Positions 9,414-18,001 of a stretch of DNA of 24,240 nt are shown here, piece by piece (the first letter of the stretch is position 1; each line of letters opens with the position of its first letter). A program made the translations under genes and the position numbers. The notes below the pieces were generated by a model. It ran no database searches, was not told the origin of the DNA, and was given only the letters and a program-made list of their open reading frames with translations. Source of the DNA: Candidatus Woesearchaeota archaeon (GTDB lineage Archaea > Nanobdellota > Nanobdellia > SCGC-AAA011-G17 > PNOQ01); contig JBDRML010000031.1 in NCBI GenBank assembly GCA_043812195.1, forward strand, positions 1 through 24,240. The letters run 5' to 3'.

Positions 9414-10261
9414 AATTGTGAGAAAATTGATTTGTTAATTTGTTTAGTCATTTCTAAGTTTTTTATTACTGTAAGCTTGATTTTTATTTTTTTATTAACA
9501 ATTTCTAAAAGTTCTTCTAGATTAAAAGATTCTATAGATTTATTCTTTTTGAAGAAATTGTCTAAGGCTTCTACTATTTTTTTAGGATATACTGTTTGGA
9601 TAATTAGATTACCATAGGTTCCAACATAATAGCTTTTATCAAAAGATGATGATGAGTGCCTTATTTGCATGTTAATTCCTATATTTTGATAGAATTTTCT
9701 AATGTTTTTGTCTAAAGGTGTATTTCCTGTGCTAAGAATATTTGATTTTATTCCTTTCTTTTTCAATTGACCCATTAACTTCTTTTCTTTTTCTAAATGT
9801 AAAAGACCTTCCCATGCATGTGCTGCTTGATAACAGTTAATATTATTTTTACTTCTTTTATAATTTTTAAACCAATCATCAATTAGATCTTGCCAAAATT
9901 TCATCATTTGGTTTAGGGTGTTAAATGTGAAGACTGAAATTTCTCCTTTAATAGAGGATATTGCATTTGGTTGAATTTTTTCTTTAGTGATATCTGAGTA
10001 TAATTGGTCTATGATAGTTTTGCTTTTCAGAAGCCATTGTTTGTTGATTTTGTATTTATGGTCTGTTTGTATTAATACTTCTTCTTCAATTAGTTCCAAA
10101 ACTGCTTTTCTGACAGCTTGGAAGGTTACGTATTTACCATATCTCTTTCTTATGTAATTTGTTAATTCTATTAATTTTAGAGGATATTCTTTAGTTAAGA
10201 TTGTAAATACTAGGTTTTTTACATTTGATTTTTTTCCGAAAGGCAGAGTTATTTTTAACAT
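9410..10261 (-). CDS. Putative winged-helix transcription regulator (N-terminal wHTH + uncharacterised C-terminal domain)
   Basis: N-terminus LVFTILTKEYPLKLIELTNYIRKRYGKYVTFQAVRKAVLELIEEEVL-IQTDHKYKIN fits a three-helix plus wing pattern; 283-aa ORF. Confidence 0.7.
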   Translation of the reverse strand: MLKITLPFGKKSNVKNLVFTILTKEYPLKLIELTNYIRKRYGKYVTFQAVRKAVLELIEEEVLIQTDHKYKINKQWLLKSKTIIDQLYSDITKEKIQPNAISSIKGEISVFTFNTLNQMMKFWQDLIDDWFKNYKRSKNNINCYQAAHAWEGLLHLEKEKKLMGQLKKKGIKSNILSTGNTPLDKNIRKFYQNIGINMQIRHSSSSFDKSYYVGTYGNLIIQTVYPKKIVEALDNFFKKNKSIESFNLEELLEIVNKKIKIKLTVIKNLEMTKQINKSIFSQF

Positions 10262-10270
10262 ATTGAACTA

Positions 10271-10299
10271 AAAAAGTTTATCAGATTTTTAAACTTTTT
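10271..10299. promoter_or_regulatory. 10-bp inverted repeat overlapping the putative TATA of the wHTH gene
   Basis: AAAAAGTTTA (10271-10280), 9-nt spacer, TAAACTTTTT (10290-10299); the minus strand reads CAAAAAGTTTAAAAAT as BRE/TATA. Confidence 0.45.
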
Positions 10300-10373
10300 G
10301 GTTTAATTAAAATTGAACCAAGTATATATAATATCTTAAGTTGCTACTAATAAATAATAAATAAGGAGTAAAA

Positions 10374-10754
10374 ATGAATGATATACTAAAAATAGAAAAA
10401 ATGACATTAAAAAAACTTAAGGATGTAGGGACGTTGGTGTCTTGTATAGGCATTGCAAGTAGTATAGGTTATCTGTGTGGTTTAGGTGGGAAAGATATCT
10501 ATAGAGCTTTTGATTATGATCCAGTCTACGTTATATATGAACCTTATATCTCGGGGAATACAATTAAGGATGAAAATGGAAACAGAATAATTCGTTTGGA
10601 TAAAATAGAAGAAGATCCAAATATAGAGAGAGATTTTGCTTTTGTGGAACAGAATGGTTTAGGACGATATAAAGGAATATATTATACTTCAAATGAAGAT
10701 TCTATATTCAGACCTGGTAGAAGAATGCCTGATTATGGACCTACTAAATTTTAA
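10374..10754 (+). CDS. Hypothetical protein with an N-terminal hydrophobic anchor (126 aa)
   Basis: SD AAGGAG before ATG; hydrophobic VGTLVSCIGIASSIGYLCGLGG; fills the gap between neighbours. Confidence 0.7.
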   Translation: MNDILKIEKMTLKKLKDVGTLVSCIGIASSIGYLCGLGGKDIYRAFDYDPVYVIYEPYISGNTIKDENGNRIIRLDKIEEDPNIERDFAFVEQNGLGRYKGIYYTSNEDSIFRPGRRMPDYGPTKF

Positions 10755-10760
10755 ATTTAT

Positions 10761-11531
10761 TTATTTTTTTAAATCTAAACAAACTCTAAATTTTCCTGGT
10801 GCTGGTGCTCCTGCTTTTACTAATTTTGGTTTGAACTTTTGGTATTTGTTTTTTAGTATTTGAAAGTTTTCTTCTCTTTCGAAAATGTAAATATGTATTT
10901 TTCCTTTTGGTTTTAAGTATTTTAATGCTAGTTCTAAATATGCTTCTGAATCTGATGGGTGCGGCATAATGATTCTGTCAAATTTCTTTTTTAATTTGGG
11001 AAGAACTGTTTTAACATCTCCTTTGTATAAAAAAATATTTTTTCTTTTGTTGAGTTTGATATTTTCTAGTGCGTATTTATGTGCGGTTGGATTTATTTCT
11101 ATTCCGTAGATTTCTTTTGCTTTAGAATGCTTTGATATTGTTAAGGGAAATGGTGCTAATCCTGAAAACATTACTAAAACAGATTCTGGTTTTTTTATTA
11201 GTTTTGCAATTCTTAATCTTTCTGTTGCTGTTCTCGGTGAGAAATAAACTTTTTCTGGGTTTAATTTTATTAGAATTCCATTTTCTTTGTGTATTGTTTC
11301 TTTTGATTTCTTTCCTGCTATAATCTTTAATTTTGGAGTTCTGTATTTTCCTGAATATTGCTTTGTTTTGATTGCTACTGTTTTTATTTGTTTTAAAGTA
11401 TCTAGAATAAATTCTCCAATTAATTTTTGTTTTTTTATTAATTCTTTTGGAAAATCTGAGAAAATTAATATATCTCCAACTGCATCAAAAGACCTTGGTA
11501 TTAGTTTTAAGTCTGTTTTTGATAATTTCAT
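10761..11531 (-). CDS. SAM-dependent tRNA methyltransferase of the Trm5/Tyw2 (Met-10+) family, lacking the N-terminal D1 domain
   Basis: PRSFDAVGDI, TIHKENG, KVYFSPR..ER.RI, VMFSGLAPF (motif I), GIEINP.A...A..NIKLN, YKGDV, DRIIMPHP. Confidence 0.88.
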   Translation of the reverse strand: MKLSKTDLKLIPRSFDAVGDILIFSDFPKELIKKQKLIGEFILDTLKQIKTVAIKTKQYSGKYRTPKLKIIAGKKSKETIHKENGILIKLNPEKVYFSPRTATERLRIAKLIKKPESVLVMFSGLAPFPLTISKHSKAKEIYGIEINPTAHKYALENIKLNKRKNIFLYKGDVKTVLPKLKKKFDRIIMPHPSDSEAYLELALKYLKPKGKIHIYIFEREENFQILKNKYQKFKPKLVKAGAPAPGKFRVCLDLKK

Positions 11532-11606
11532 AGTAATTTATTTTATATTATTGTATAAAAGCCTTTTCGTAACATTTAAATATAGCTATCTTGATTATAA
11601 AAACAT

Positions 11607-11990
11607 ATGAATAAAAGAGGAGATTTTACAGGTAGAAGTGCTATATGGTTATTGATAGCTTTAATTTTCTTATATATTGCCTTAACTCCTTTTGGATTTT
11701 TGCCATTTCCTTTTAGTTTGGATTTAACTGAGAGTATTGTGAGAGGATTAATTGCTGTTATTGGTGTATTAATATTCATAGAATCTTTTAATTATGATTC
11801 TAAGCAAAAATTCCTTGGCATTGTTATAGGATTAATCTTCTTTCTTGTGGGAGTTTACATATTATTGATGAGTATAGAAAGTCTTCCATTTTCATTACCT
11901 TATACATTTGAAATAAATGATATATTTTTACAGGTTATTCTTATAATATATGCGCTGTATTTAGCATATGCTTCGTTTAAGCAGGATTGA
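11607..11990 (+). CDS. Hypothetical integral membrane protein (about 4 TM)
   Basis: Four hydrophobic stretches; TATA TTTAAATA at 11575-11582; followed closely by the next ORF. Confidence 0.8.
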   Translation: MNKRGDFTGRSAIWLLIALIFLYIALTPFGFLPFPFSLDLTESIVRGLIAVIGVLIFIESFNYDSKQKFLGIVIGLIFFLVGVYILLMSIESLPFSLPYTFEINDIFLQVILIIYALYLAYASFKQD

Positions 11991-11995
11991 TCAAG

Positions 11996-13345
11996 ATGAA
12001 GTTCCTTAATAAAGTAAAGTTGTTTGTAATTTTAGTAAGTTTATTCTTAGTTCAGAACGTTTCTGCTGAATTGTATAGATTGGCTGATATGAGACCTAGT
12101 GGAATTGGTGGGTTTTTTAATTCTAAGGTTCCTTTTGGAGTATTTGGAGATGTTGGTTGGTGGATGATTGCTTTAATTTGGCTTTTTGTTTTTATTATTG
12201 GTTTTGTGAAGGGATTTAATAGGATGGGTTTAAATAACCGTGCTGCTGCCATTATTCTTTCTGCTATTACAGCTACTGTTTTTGTTGGATCCTCTTATCT
12301 TGATGAGTTCAGCATTATTGTTGCAATTGCTATTCCTGTTGCTATTGCTGGCTTTTTTATTGTTAATTCAATTAGGTGGGTTAGGGGTGGTGGAAAAAAG
12401 AAATATGCTGCTACTAAAATTATAAACAATATTGGGAAAAATCCTGAAAAGAAAGGTTGGTTCAAAAGAATGCTTAATAGAGAGGGTAGAACTGAGAAAA
12501 AATTGCTTCGTGAGATAAATAAACTCAGAAAAGAATTAAATTCTGGACCTGATAAAGATGATGATAAATATGAAAAATGGGCAAATGCAATGTCAGATGA
12601 AATTGCTTCTAACATTAATCCTCTTCTTGAAAGACTTGAATTATTAGAGACTAAAATGTATAGGCGTTTTAAAAGTACTAACAAAGCTTCTAGAAAAAGA
12701 GCTAAATATTTTAAAGCGAAATTAAATTCTATGGAAAGTGCTATTAGTTCTTTAAAAAGTGGAGATTCAGATGGTGCTGCTGATAAAATTGAAGAATTAA
12801 GACGTGAAATGAAAGATGATTATAAAAATTATGTAAGGATAGTTTTAAGAGAAATTGAAAAATTAGAAGGTAAGGTTGATGAATTAAAAGAAAAGATTCC
12901 TGGGGAGCCAGAAGAGAGTGAAGGTGATGAAGGATTGTCTGATGATGATGAGGAAGGAGAAAAAGAACCAGTAGAAAAAGCAGAAGGACCTGAATTTGTA
13001 AAACCAGAAAATATAATAGATAGTATGAATATAGGAGATTTGTATGGATATAAATCAAACACTGGACAAGAGATGTATGTTGAAATAAAAAATAAATATC
13101 CTGAAAGAAACGTTGTGCAAGTACAAAATGTTGCAGGTGGAACTATTTTTGCAATAAACCCTGAACAATTGTATGATGTTGGAAAGGGTGGACCTCAGGC
13201 TGTTAAGAGTCTTAAAAATTATTATGATAGCTTACGTAAAACTGCTATTTCTTTGCCTGAAGGAAGTAATGAAAAATTTGCTGTTGAAAATACTGCTAGA
13301 AAAATTCTAAAACAATTAGAAAAATATGGTTGGAGTCCTAGTTAA
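11996..13345 (+). CDS. Hypothetical membrane protein: signal/TM region, coiled coil, acidic linker, small beta-rich C-terminal domain
   Basis: ATG 11996 (MKFLNK; the track uses TTG 11987). Signal-like LFVILVSLFLVQNVSA, about 3 TMs, long K/E helical region, EPEESEGDEGLSDDDEEGEKE linker. Confidence 0.8.
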   Translation: MKFLNKVKLFVILVSLFLVQNVSAELYRLADMRPSGIGGFFNSKVPFGVFGDVGWWMIALIWLFVFIIGFVKGFNRMGLNNRAAAIILSAITATVFVGSSYLDEFSIIVAIAIPVAIAGFFIVNSIRWVRGGGKKKYAATKIINNIGKNPEKKGWFKRMLNREGRTEKKLLREINKLRKELNSGPDKDDDKYEKWANAMSDEIASNINPLLERLELLETKMYRRFKSTNKASRKRAKYFKAKLNSMESAISSLKSGDSDGAADKIEELRREMKDDYKNYVRIVLREIEKLEGKVDELKEKIPGEPEESEGDEGLSDDDEEGEKEPVEKAEGPEFVKPENIIDSMNIGDLYGYKSNTGQEMYVEIKNKYPERNVVQVQNVAGGTIFAINPEQLYDVGKGGPQAVKSLKNYYDSLRKTAISLPEGSNEKFAVENTARKILKQLEKYGWSPS

Positions 13346-14330
13346 ACCACTTATCTAAATTCTTCTGCTTTTTTTCTGAAACTTTTTCTATAATTTTATT
13401 TATTCTGTCTTCTGAGAATTCTCTTTCTGATAATATTTTAGTGATTTTGGCTATGTTTGGCGCTTCCCATTTTAATTGATAGTTTTTTATTATTGGCATG
13501 TTTTTGAAAGTTGCATATATTTTTTTCCAATTGAAATCTGCTTCTACGTTTTTGAATATTTCATCGAATTTTTTATGTTGCTGAACTAATTTTAATGCTG
13601 TTTTTGGACCTATTCCTTTTACTCCACCTGGATTGTAATCTGTTCCAACTAAAATTGATAATGCCATTAATTGATCTTGGTTTATTTTTAATTTTTTTAG
13701 TGTATATTTAAGCTCGACTATTTCTGGATAAACTTTCACGTATGTTCCTTTTATTTTTTTCCTTTGTGAAACTGTTAGGTTTTTGATAATTCTTGGGCCC
13801 CCATGTATCAAGCAATCAATGTCTGTTGTTGCGCATGCCCAAATATCTCCTTCTTGGTTCATATAAGCCAATTGTGCGTCTGCTTCTGAAATTGATTGTA
13901 TTATTGGTTGTCCCATGGCTTTAAGAAATTCTTTGGTTTCTTCCATCACTTTGTCTTCTATTTTTATTGTTTGTTTTACAAATTTTAGTTTTTCTTCTGC
14001 CGTTTTTGCATTAGATAGTTTTTCTTTCGCAATTTCTTTTCTTTCTGCCCTTTTCTTGATTTCTTGTGATTTTAATTCTGGTGGAACTCCATCAAGTATA
14101 AAACATAATTTAATTCCTTGTTCTATTAAATTTGGAATTCTTGTTGATAAACCCATCAAGTGAGATGTTACATTTCCTCTTGAATCCATTAGTGGTGTTC
14201 CATCTGGTTGTCTAATACTAGAAATAAATTGGTAGAGCATATTGCTAACATCTATTCCTATCTTTTTGCCTTTTAAGCTTTTTAGATCTATTTGTTTTGC
14301 TGTTATTATTTCTTTAAGTTTTACGCCCAT
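13338..14330 (-). CDS. fen: Flap endonuclease 1
   Basis: MGV...LKGKKIGID..NMLYQF..IRQPDGTPLMD..G.VTSHL.G, DG.PP, SEADAQ, D.D, LVGTDYNPGGVKGIGPKTAL (H3TH), C-terminal PIP box QKNLDKWF. Confidence 0.96.
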   Translation of the reverse strand: MGVKLKEIITAKQIDLKSLKGKKIGIDVSNMLYQFISSIRQPDGTPLMDSRGNVTSHLMGLSTRIPNLIEQGIKLCFILDGVPPELKSQEIKKRAERKEIAKEKLSNAKTAEEKLKFVKQTIKIEDKVMEETKEFLKAMGQPIIQSISEADAQLAYMNQEGDIWACATTDIDCLIHGGPRIIKNLTVSQRKKIKGTYVKVYPEIVELKYTLKKLKINQDQLMALSILVGTDYNPGGVKGIGPKTALKLVQQHKKFDEIFKNVEADFNWKKIYATFKNMPIIKNYQLKWEAPNIAKITKILSEREFSEDRINKIIEKVSEKKQKNLDKWFN

Positions 14331-15613
14331 TTTATTAAATTGTGTAATTGTTCTATTCTTTTTAACCTTTGCTGATTTATTATATTTATGTAATTAATTC
14401 CTTTTTTAGTTATAAAAAATCTGTGGGCCTTTTTATCTTGAGATATTTTAATTAAACCGTCTGATTTTGCTTTTTTAGAAATTTTTCTGAAATGATTTGG
14501 AGCCCTACTTTTATGGCCCATTTGATGATATAATTCATCTGTTTTTGGACTAATTTGACTTTCTTTTAATGTCTTTAATAATTTATATGTAAAATTATTT
14601 CTTTGAACATGATTCGAATTATCTATTTTTGGCCTAAGTTCCCTGTATCTATTAAGTCTTTTTTTATTATACTTAAATGGCTCAAAATTTAGTTTTTTTA
14701 AATTTGCCAAAGAGATAGTCAAAATGTTTTCTTTTCTAGAAGGAATTACTTTATTTAATCTACAGATTAATTCTAAAGTATCTAAAACTTTTTGATTATA
14801 CATCTCTATGCTAAAATCTTGTTTGTAATCTGAATTTCTGATATGTCCTTCTCCATCAGCCACTCCTTGAAAAAAACGCTCTGAGAATGATTGATTATTT
14901 GTTATTGATGGCAAAAGAATGTACTTAATTTTATCTATAATTAGCCTATGTATTGAACTATCTTTACAGGCTTCTATGATTAATTTGTTTCCTCTTTTTG
15001 ATTTTTGGATGTTTATTGTTTGTGGTGGAATTCTTAATCTTTTTTCTACTTTTTTAAGGGAATCTTCTGGTTTTAGATTATACAAATAAAAGTTTAAATC
15101 TTTCCTTTCGATTTGAAAATATTTTTCAATAAAATCTAAGAAGAATAAAATAATATTTATATCTGTATTAGTGATAGATACTCTTACTTTACGCTTAGTT
15201 TCGTTTTTCCCTTCTGCTAAGTATATTCCAATAAAATAAGCCAAATCATCTGTTATTTTTAAATATCTTGGAATTTTGTGTTTTTTCCCAGTATGTTTAG
15301 AAAAGAAGAGTACATTTTTGTAAATGGTTTTCTTATCTATTTTTAATTTTGATAATATTTTTTTTAATATATGTACTGGAATTGACGGTCTTTTATTTTG
15401 ATATTTCTTAAGATAGGTGGATGTTAAAATTTGTTGATTTTTTTTTGGAAATGCTAGTTTGGTAAATTGGTATATTGAGCTGTATTTTGACGCTATGTTG
15501 GATCTTAAATTAAGAATAAAATTATTCTTTAAGGTTACTGAGATTTTTTCGTGACAATTAAACATGAGTTCATATAAATCGATTTTTTTATCGGCTATTA
15601 TTTTTGTTGGCAT
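14321..15613 (-). CDS. Free-standing LAGLIDADG homing-endonuclease-like protein with N-terminal HTH-like region and C-terminal winged helix (about 430 aa)
   Basis: Two LAGLIDADG helices, DLAYFIGIYLAEG and ERFFQGVADGEG. No Hint blocks or terminal HN. C-terminus YKLLKTL...KKAKSDGLIKISQDKKAHRFFITKKG is wHTH-like. Start set at ATG 15613, 22 nt from TATA TTTATAAA (15636-15643). Confidence 0.82.
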   Translation of the reverse strand: MPTKIIADKKIDLYELMFNCHEKISVTLKNNFILNLRSNIASKYSSIYQFTKLAFPKKNQQILTSTYLKKYQNKRPSIPVHILKKILSKLKIDKKTIYKNVLFFSKHTGKKHKIPRYLKITDDLAYFIGIYLAEGKNETKRKVRVSITNTDINIILFFLDFIEKYFQIERKDLNFYLYNLKPEDSLKKVEKRLRIPPQTINIQKSKRGNKLIIEACKDSSIHRLIIDKIKYILLPSITNNQSFSERFFQGVADGEGHIRNSDYKQDFSIEMYNQKVLDTLELICRLNKVIPSRKENILTISLANLKKLNFEPFKYNKKRLNRYRELRPKIDNSNHVQRNNFTYKLLKTLKESQISPKTDELYHQMGHKSRAPNHFRKISKKAKSDGLIKISQDKKAHRFFITKKGINYINIINQQRLKRIEQLHNLIKWA

Positions 15614-15635
15614 GTTTAGTATATGGAAAAATGAC

Positions 15636-15675
15636 TTTATAAATAAACCGTTGGTGGTTGTCAACCTTGTCGACC
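15636..15675 (-). promoter_or_regulatory. Promoter of the LAGLIDADG gene with an upstream palindrome/tandem repeat
   Basis: TTTATAAA at 15636-15643; GGTTG-T-CAACC palindrome at 15656-15666; tandem TTGTCAACC/TTGTCGACC at 15658-15675. Confidence 0.55.
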
Positions 15676-15691
15676 TTTGTTGTAATTTAAA

Positions 15692-18001
15692 TTATTTAAA
15701 CCCAAATAAAGTAGTTTGTTTTGCTCCTTCTAATACTTCTTCGAATGTTGTGCCATATAATTCTAAAATTGAATCTGCTATTGGTTTTATTTGTTTGTCT
15801 ATATAATGTTGATAATCTAAATTATGTTTTAGTTCTTGGATTGGTTCTGGGCCTTCTGTTGTTTGATAATATTCTATTATATTTGATTCTAGTTTTTTTA
15901 ATTTACGGGCTGCTTTAATGTGTGGAGGTGTAGTTTTTGTATACTGATCCAAATCTTTTCTTATTGATTTTTTGTAAACTAATTGTTTATCTCTTTTCCC
16001 TGTGTTTATTTCTTCTACATATTTTTTTATGAAAACTGTAACTTCTTTTTTGTGGAATACTCTGTCTAATAATTCTTCCTGAAATTCTTTTGCTGCATCT
16101 GTCCAGTCTGATCTTCTAACTTCCAAACCTACAAATTCTATTTTTTCTTTACCATCTTTTAATAATAATCCTGCATATCTTTTTTTAGCACCTGCTTCTC
16201 CAGATCTTACTTTTGGCATTAGAAATCTTTTGTAACATTTTTCATACTCCATTTCTAAATAGCTTTTTCTCTTATATTTTACTTTGATTAAATTTTCATA
16301 GAATGAATTAATTTCATCTTGTAATTTTTTTCCTATTGCAACAGCTTCATCATAAGATTCTGTTTTAGTGTTTACAAAATTAGAATCTGTATCTTGATAA
16401 ATAACTTCATAGCCCTTTTGATTTATTCTTTCTCCAGTTTGTTTAATTATTTCCTGGCCAAAACTTGTGATTGCATTTGCTATTTTAGTGTTGAAAAATC
16501 TACAAGAAGGATTGGCCATGATCCCAAAGAACGAATTCATAAGTATCTTAATTGCGTATCTGCCTAACTCATCATTTGTTTTTCTTGCTTTTTCTCTGTG
16601 ATACCATAATTTCTGAATGATAATAGGCAAAATTCCATCTTCTGCTCTGAAGTATGCTCCGTTTGGTGATTTAATTGAATCTTTTTCTGGCTTTTCTAAA
16701 TAAGATGCTGGATCTAGATTAAAAGTTCTTATTATAGAAGGATATAGAGATTTAAAATCTAATACTACTATATTATCATATATTCCTGGACTAGATTCTT
16801 TTACAAATCCTCCCTTTATTGGTGCTAGTTTTTCTTTAAAGGAACCGGTTGGAGCTACTAATTTTTTCTTTTTTAATTCTTCTAAGTATAAAAAATCAAA
16901 TGATGCTATTGAAGCGTTTACTTTGTCTAATTGCATTCCAGTTATTAAACTCCTTCTTATTGCTAAATTCAATAACTCTGCTTCTGTTAAAATTCTATAG
17001 GCTAATTCTGAATCTAATAAATTGTATTCTAATAATTTTTTAATGTCTGTTTTGTATAAATTATCTATTTCTTTATATTTTTCTGGACCTGTTGATTCTA
17101 TTAATTTGGATTTTCCTAATAATTTCTTTGCTGCTGTGTTTAGTTTGTAATTTTCTAATTTAATGAATGAACTTTTTATTAAATCTAAACCGTCTAAAAC
17201 TAATCTTCCGTATATTGATGCTTTGCTTGTTCTGAAAAAGTTTGTTTCTAGACTTATTCTACACACTGAATTATCTCTTCCTAAAATAAAAGGTATTTCA
17301 TATTTCTTGAATTTTTCTTTTAAGTATACTAAATCAAAATCTATTACATTCCATCCTGTGATTATGTCTGGATCAAAATCTATTAATTCTTCCTGAAATT
17401 TTTCTAATAATTCTTCTTCTGATTTACAGCTTATTGTATCTGGATGGTCTGCTTTTCCAACTAAAAATGATTTTTTGTAATCTTTTGAATAAAATGAAAT
17501 ACAATATAATTCTTTTCCATCTGAACTTGATTCTACGTCTAATGATAGGACTTTTATGTTTGTTGGAAAATATTCTGCTGGCTTGATTTCTGGTTCTTTG
17601 TATACTCTGTCTATTTTTTCGTTTATTTCAAATTCTCCTTCAATTTCTATACTATTATGAATTTGATTATCTATTAGATATCTTATTGCAAATCTTACAT
17701 CTGCTTCGTAAGTTTTAATTCCGATTTCTTTTAGTTCGTCTCTTAATTCTGGAACCTCTTTTGGTATTGTTAATGTAATTTTCGTGACTTTTTCTCTGTT
17801 GAAATTTGTGAAATCTGTTTCTTCATAATCAAAATCTGCTAATTCTTTTGCTTTTTCTAAATCTGAAGTTTTAATATAGAAATATGGTTTTAATTCTGTT
17901 AGAGTTAGGAAGCTTTCTCCATTTTCTAATCTTCCGAATAGAGCAATGTATGCTTTTTTATCAAAAATCCTGTATGTTTGGTAAATTATGAATCCTTTCA
18001 T
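15692..18001 (-). CDS. polB: Family B DNA polymerase with proofreading exonuclease (Pol II-like), no intein
   Basis: ExoI LDVE, ExoII GWNVIDFD, ExoIII YNLLDS, motif A VLDFKSLYPSII, motif B KILMNSFFG, motif C YQDTDS, KKRYAG, GLEVRRSDW, C-terminal PIP-like QTTLFGF. Confidence 0.97.
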   Translation of the reverse strand: MKGFIIYQTYRIFDKKAYIALFGRLENGESFLTLTELKPYFYIKTSDLEKAKELADFDYEETDFTNFNREKVTKITLTIPKEVPELRDELKEIGIKTYEADVRFAIRYLIDNQIHNSIEIEGEFEINEKIDRVYKEPEIKPAEYFPTNIKVLSLDVESSSDGKELYCISFYSKDYKKSFLVGKADHPDTISCKSEEELLEKFQEELIDFDPDIITGWNVIDFDLVYLKEKFKKYEIPFILGRDNSVCRISLETNFFRTSKASIYGRLVLDGLDLIKSSFIKLENYKLNTAAKKLLGKSKLIESTGPEKYKEIDNLYKTDIKKLLEYNLLDSELAYRILTEAELLNLAIRRSLITGMQLDKVNASIASFDFLYLEELKKKKLVAPTGSFKEKLAPIKGGFVKESSPGIYDNIVVLDFKSLYPSIIRTFNLDPASYLEKPEKDSIKSPNGAYFRAEDGILPIIIQKLWYHREKARKTNDELGRYAIKILMNSFFGIMANPSCRFFNTKIANAITSFGQEIIKQTGERINQKGYEVIYQDTDSNFVNTKTESYDEAVAIGKKLQDEINSFYENLIKVKYKRKSYLEMEYEKCYKRFLMPKVRSGEAGAKKRYAGLLLKDGKEKIEFVGLEVRRSDWTDAAKEFQEELLDRVFHKKEVTVFIKKYVEEINTGKRDKQLVYKKSIRKDLDQYTKTTPPHIKAARKLKKLESNIIEYYQTTEGPEPIQELKHNLDYQHYIDKQIKPIADSILELYGTTFEEVLEGAKQTTLFGFK

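Noticed and set aside
8070-10261. HerA-based anti-phage system (e.g. Sir2-HerA type)
   Set aside because: There is no co-oriented effector; the neighbour is convergent and looks like a regulator.
12900-12990. GAA/GAT-rich low-complexity stretch as a DNA repeat
   Set aside because: It simply encodes the acidic linker; there is no exact tandem unit.
14321-15613. Possibility that the LAGLIDADG ORF is a split or frameshifted intein, or an intron of fen1 or polB
   Set aside because: No Hint blocks or terminal HN were found, and both fen1 and polB are complete and uninterrupted.
15614-15664. TTG-started extension of the LAGLIDADG ORF
   Set aside because: It runs through the TATA box and palindrome; ATG 15613 fits leaderless spacing.
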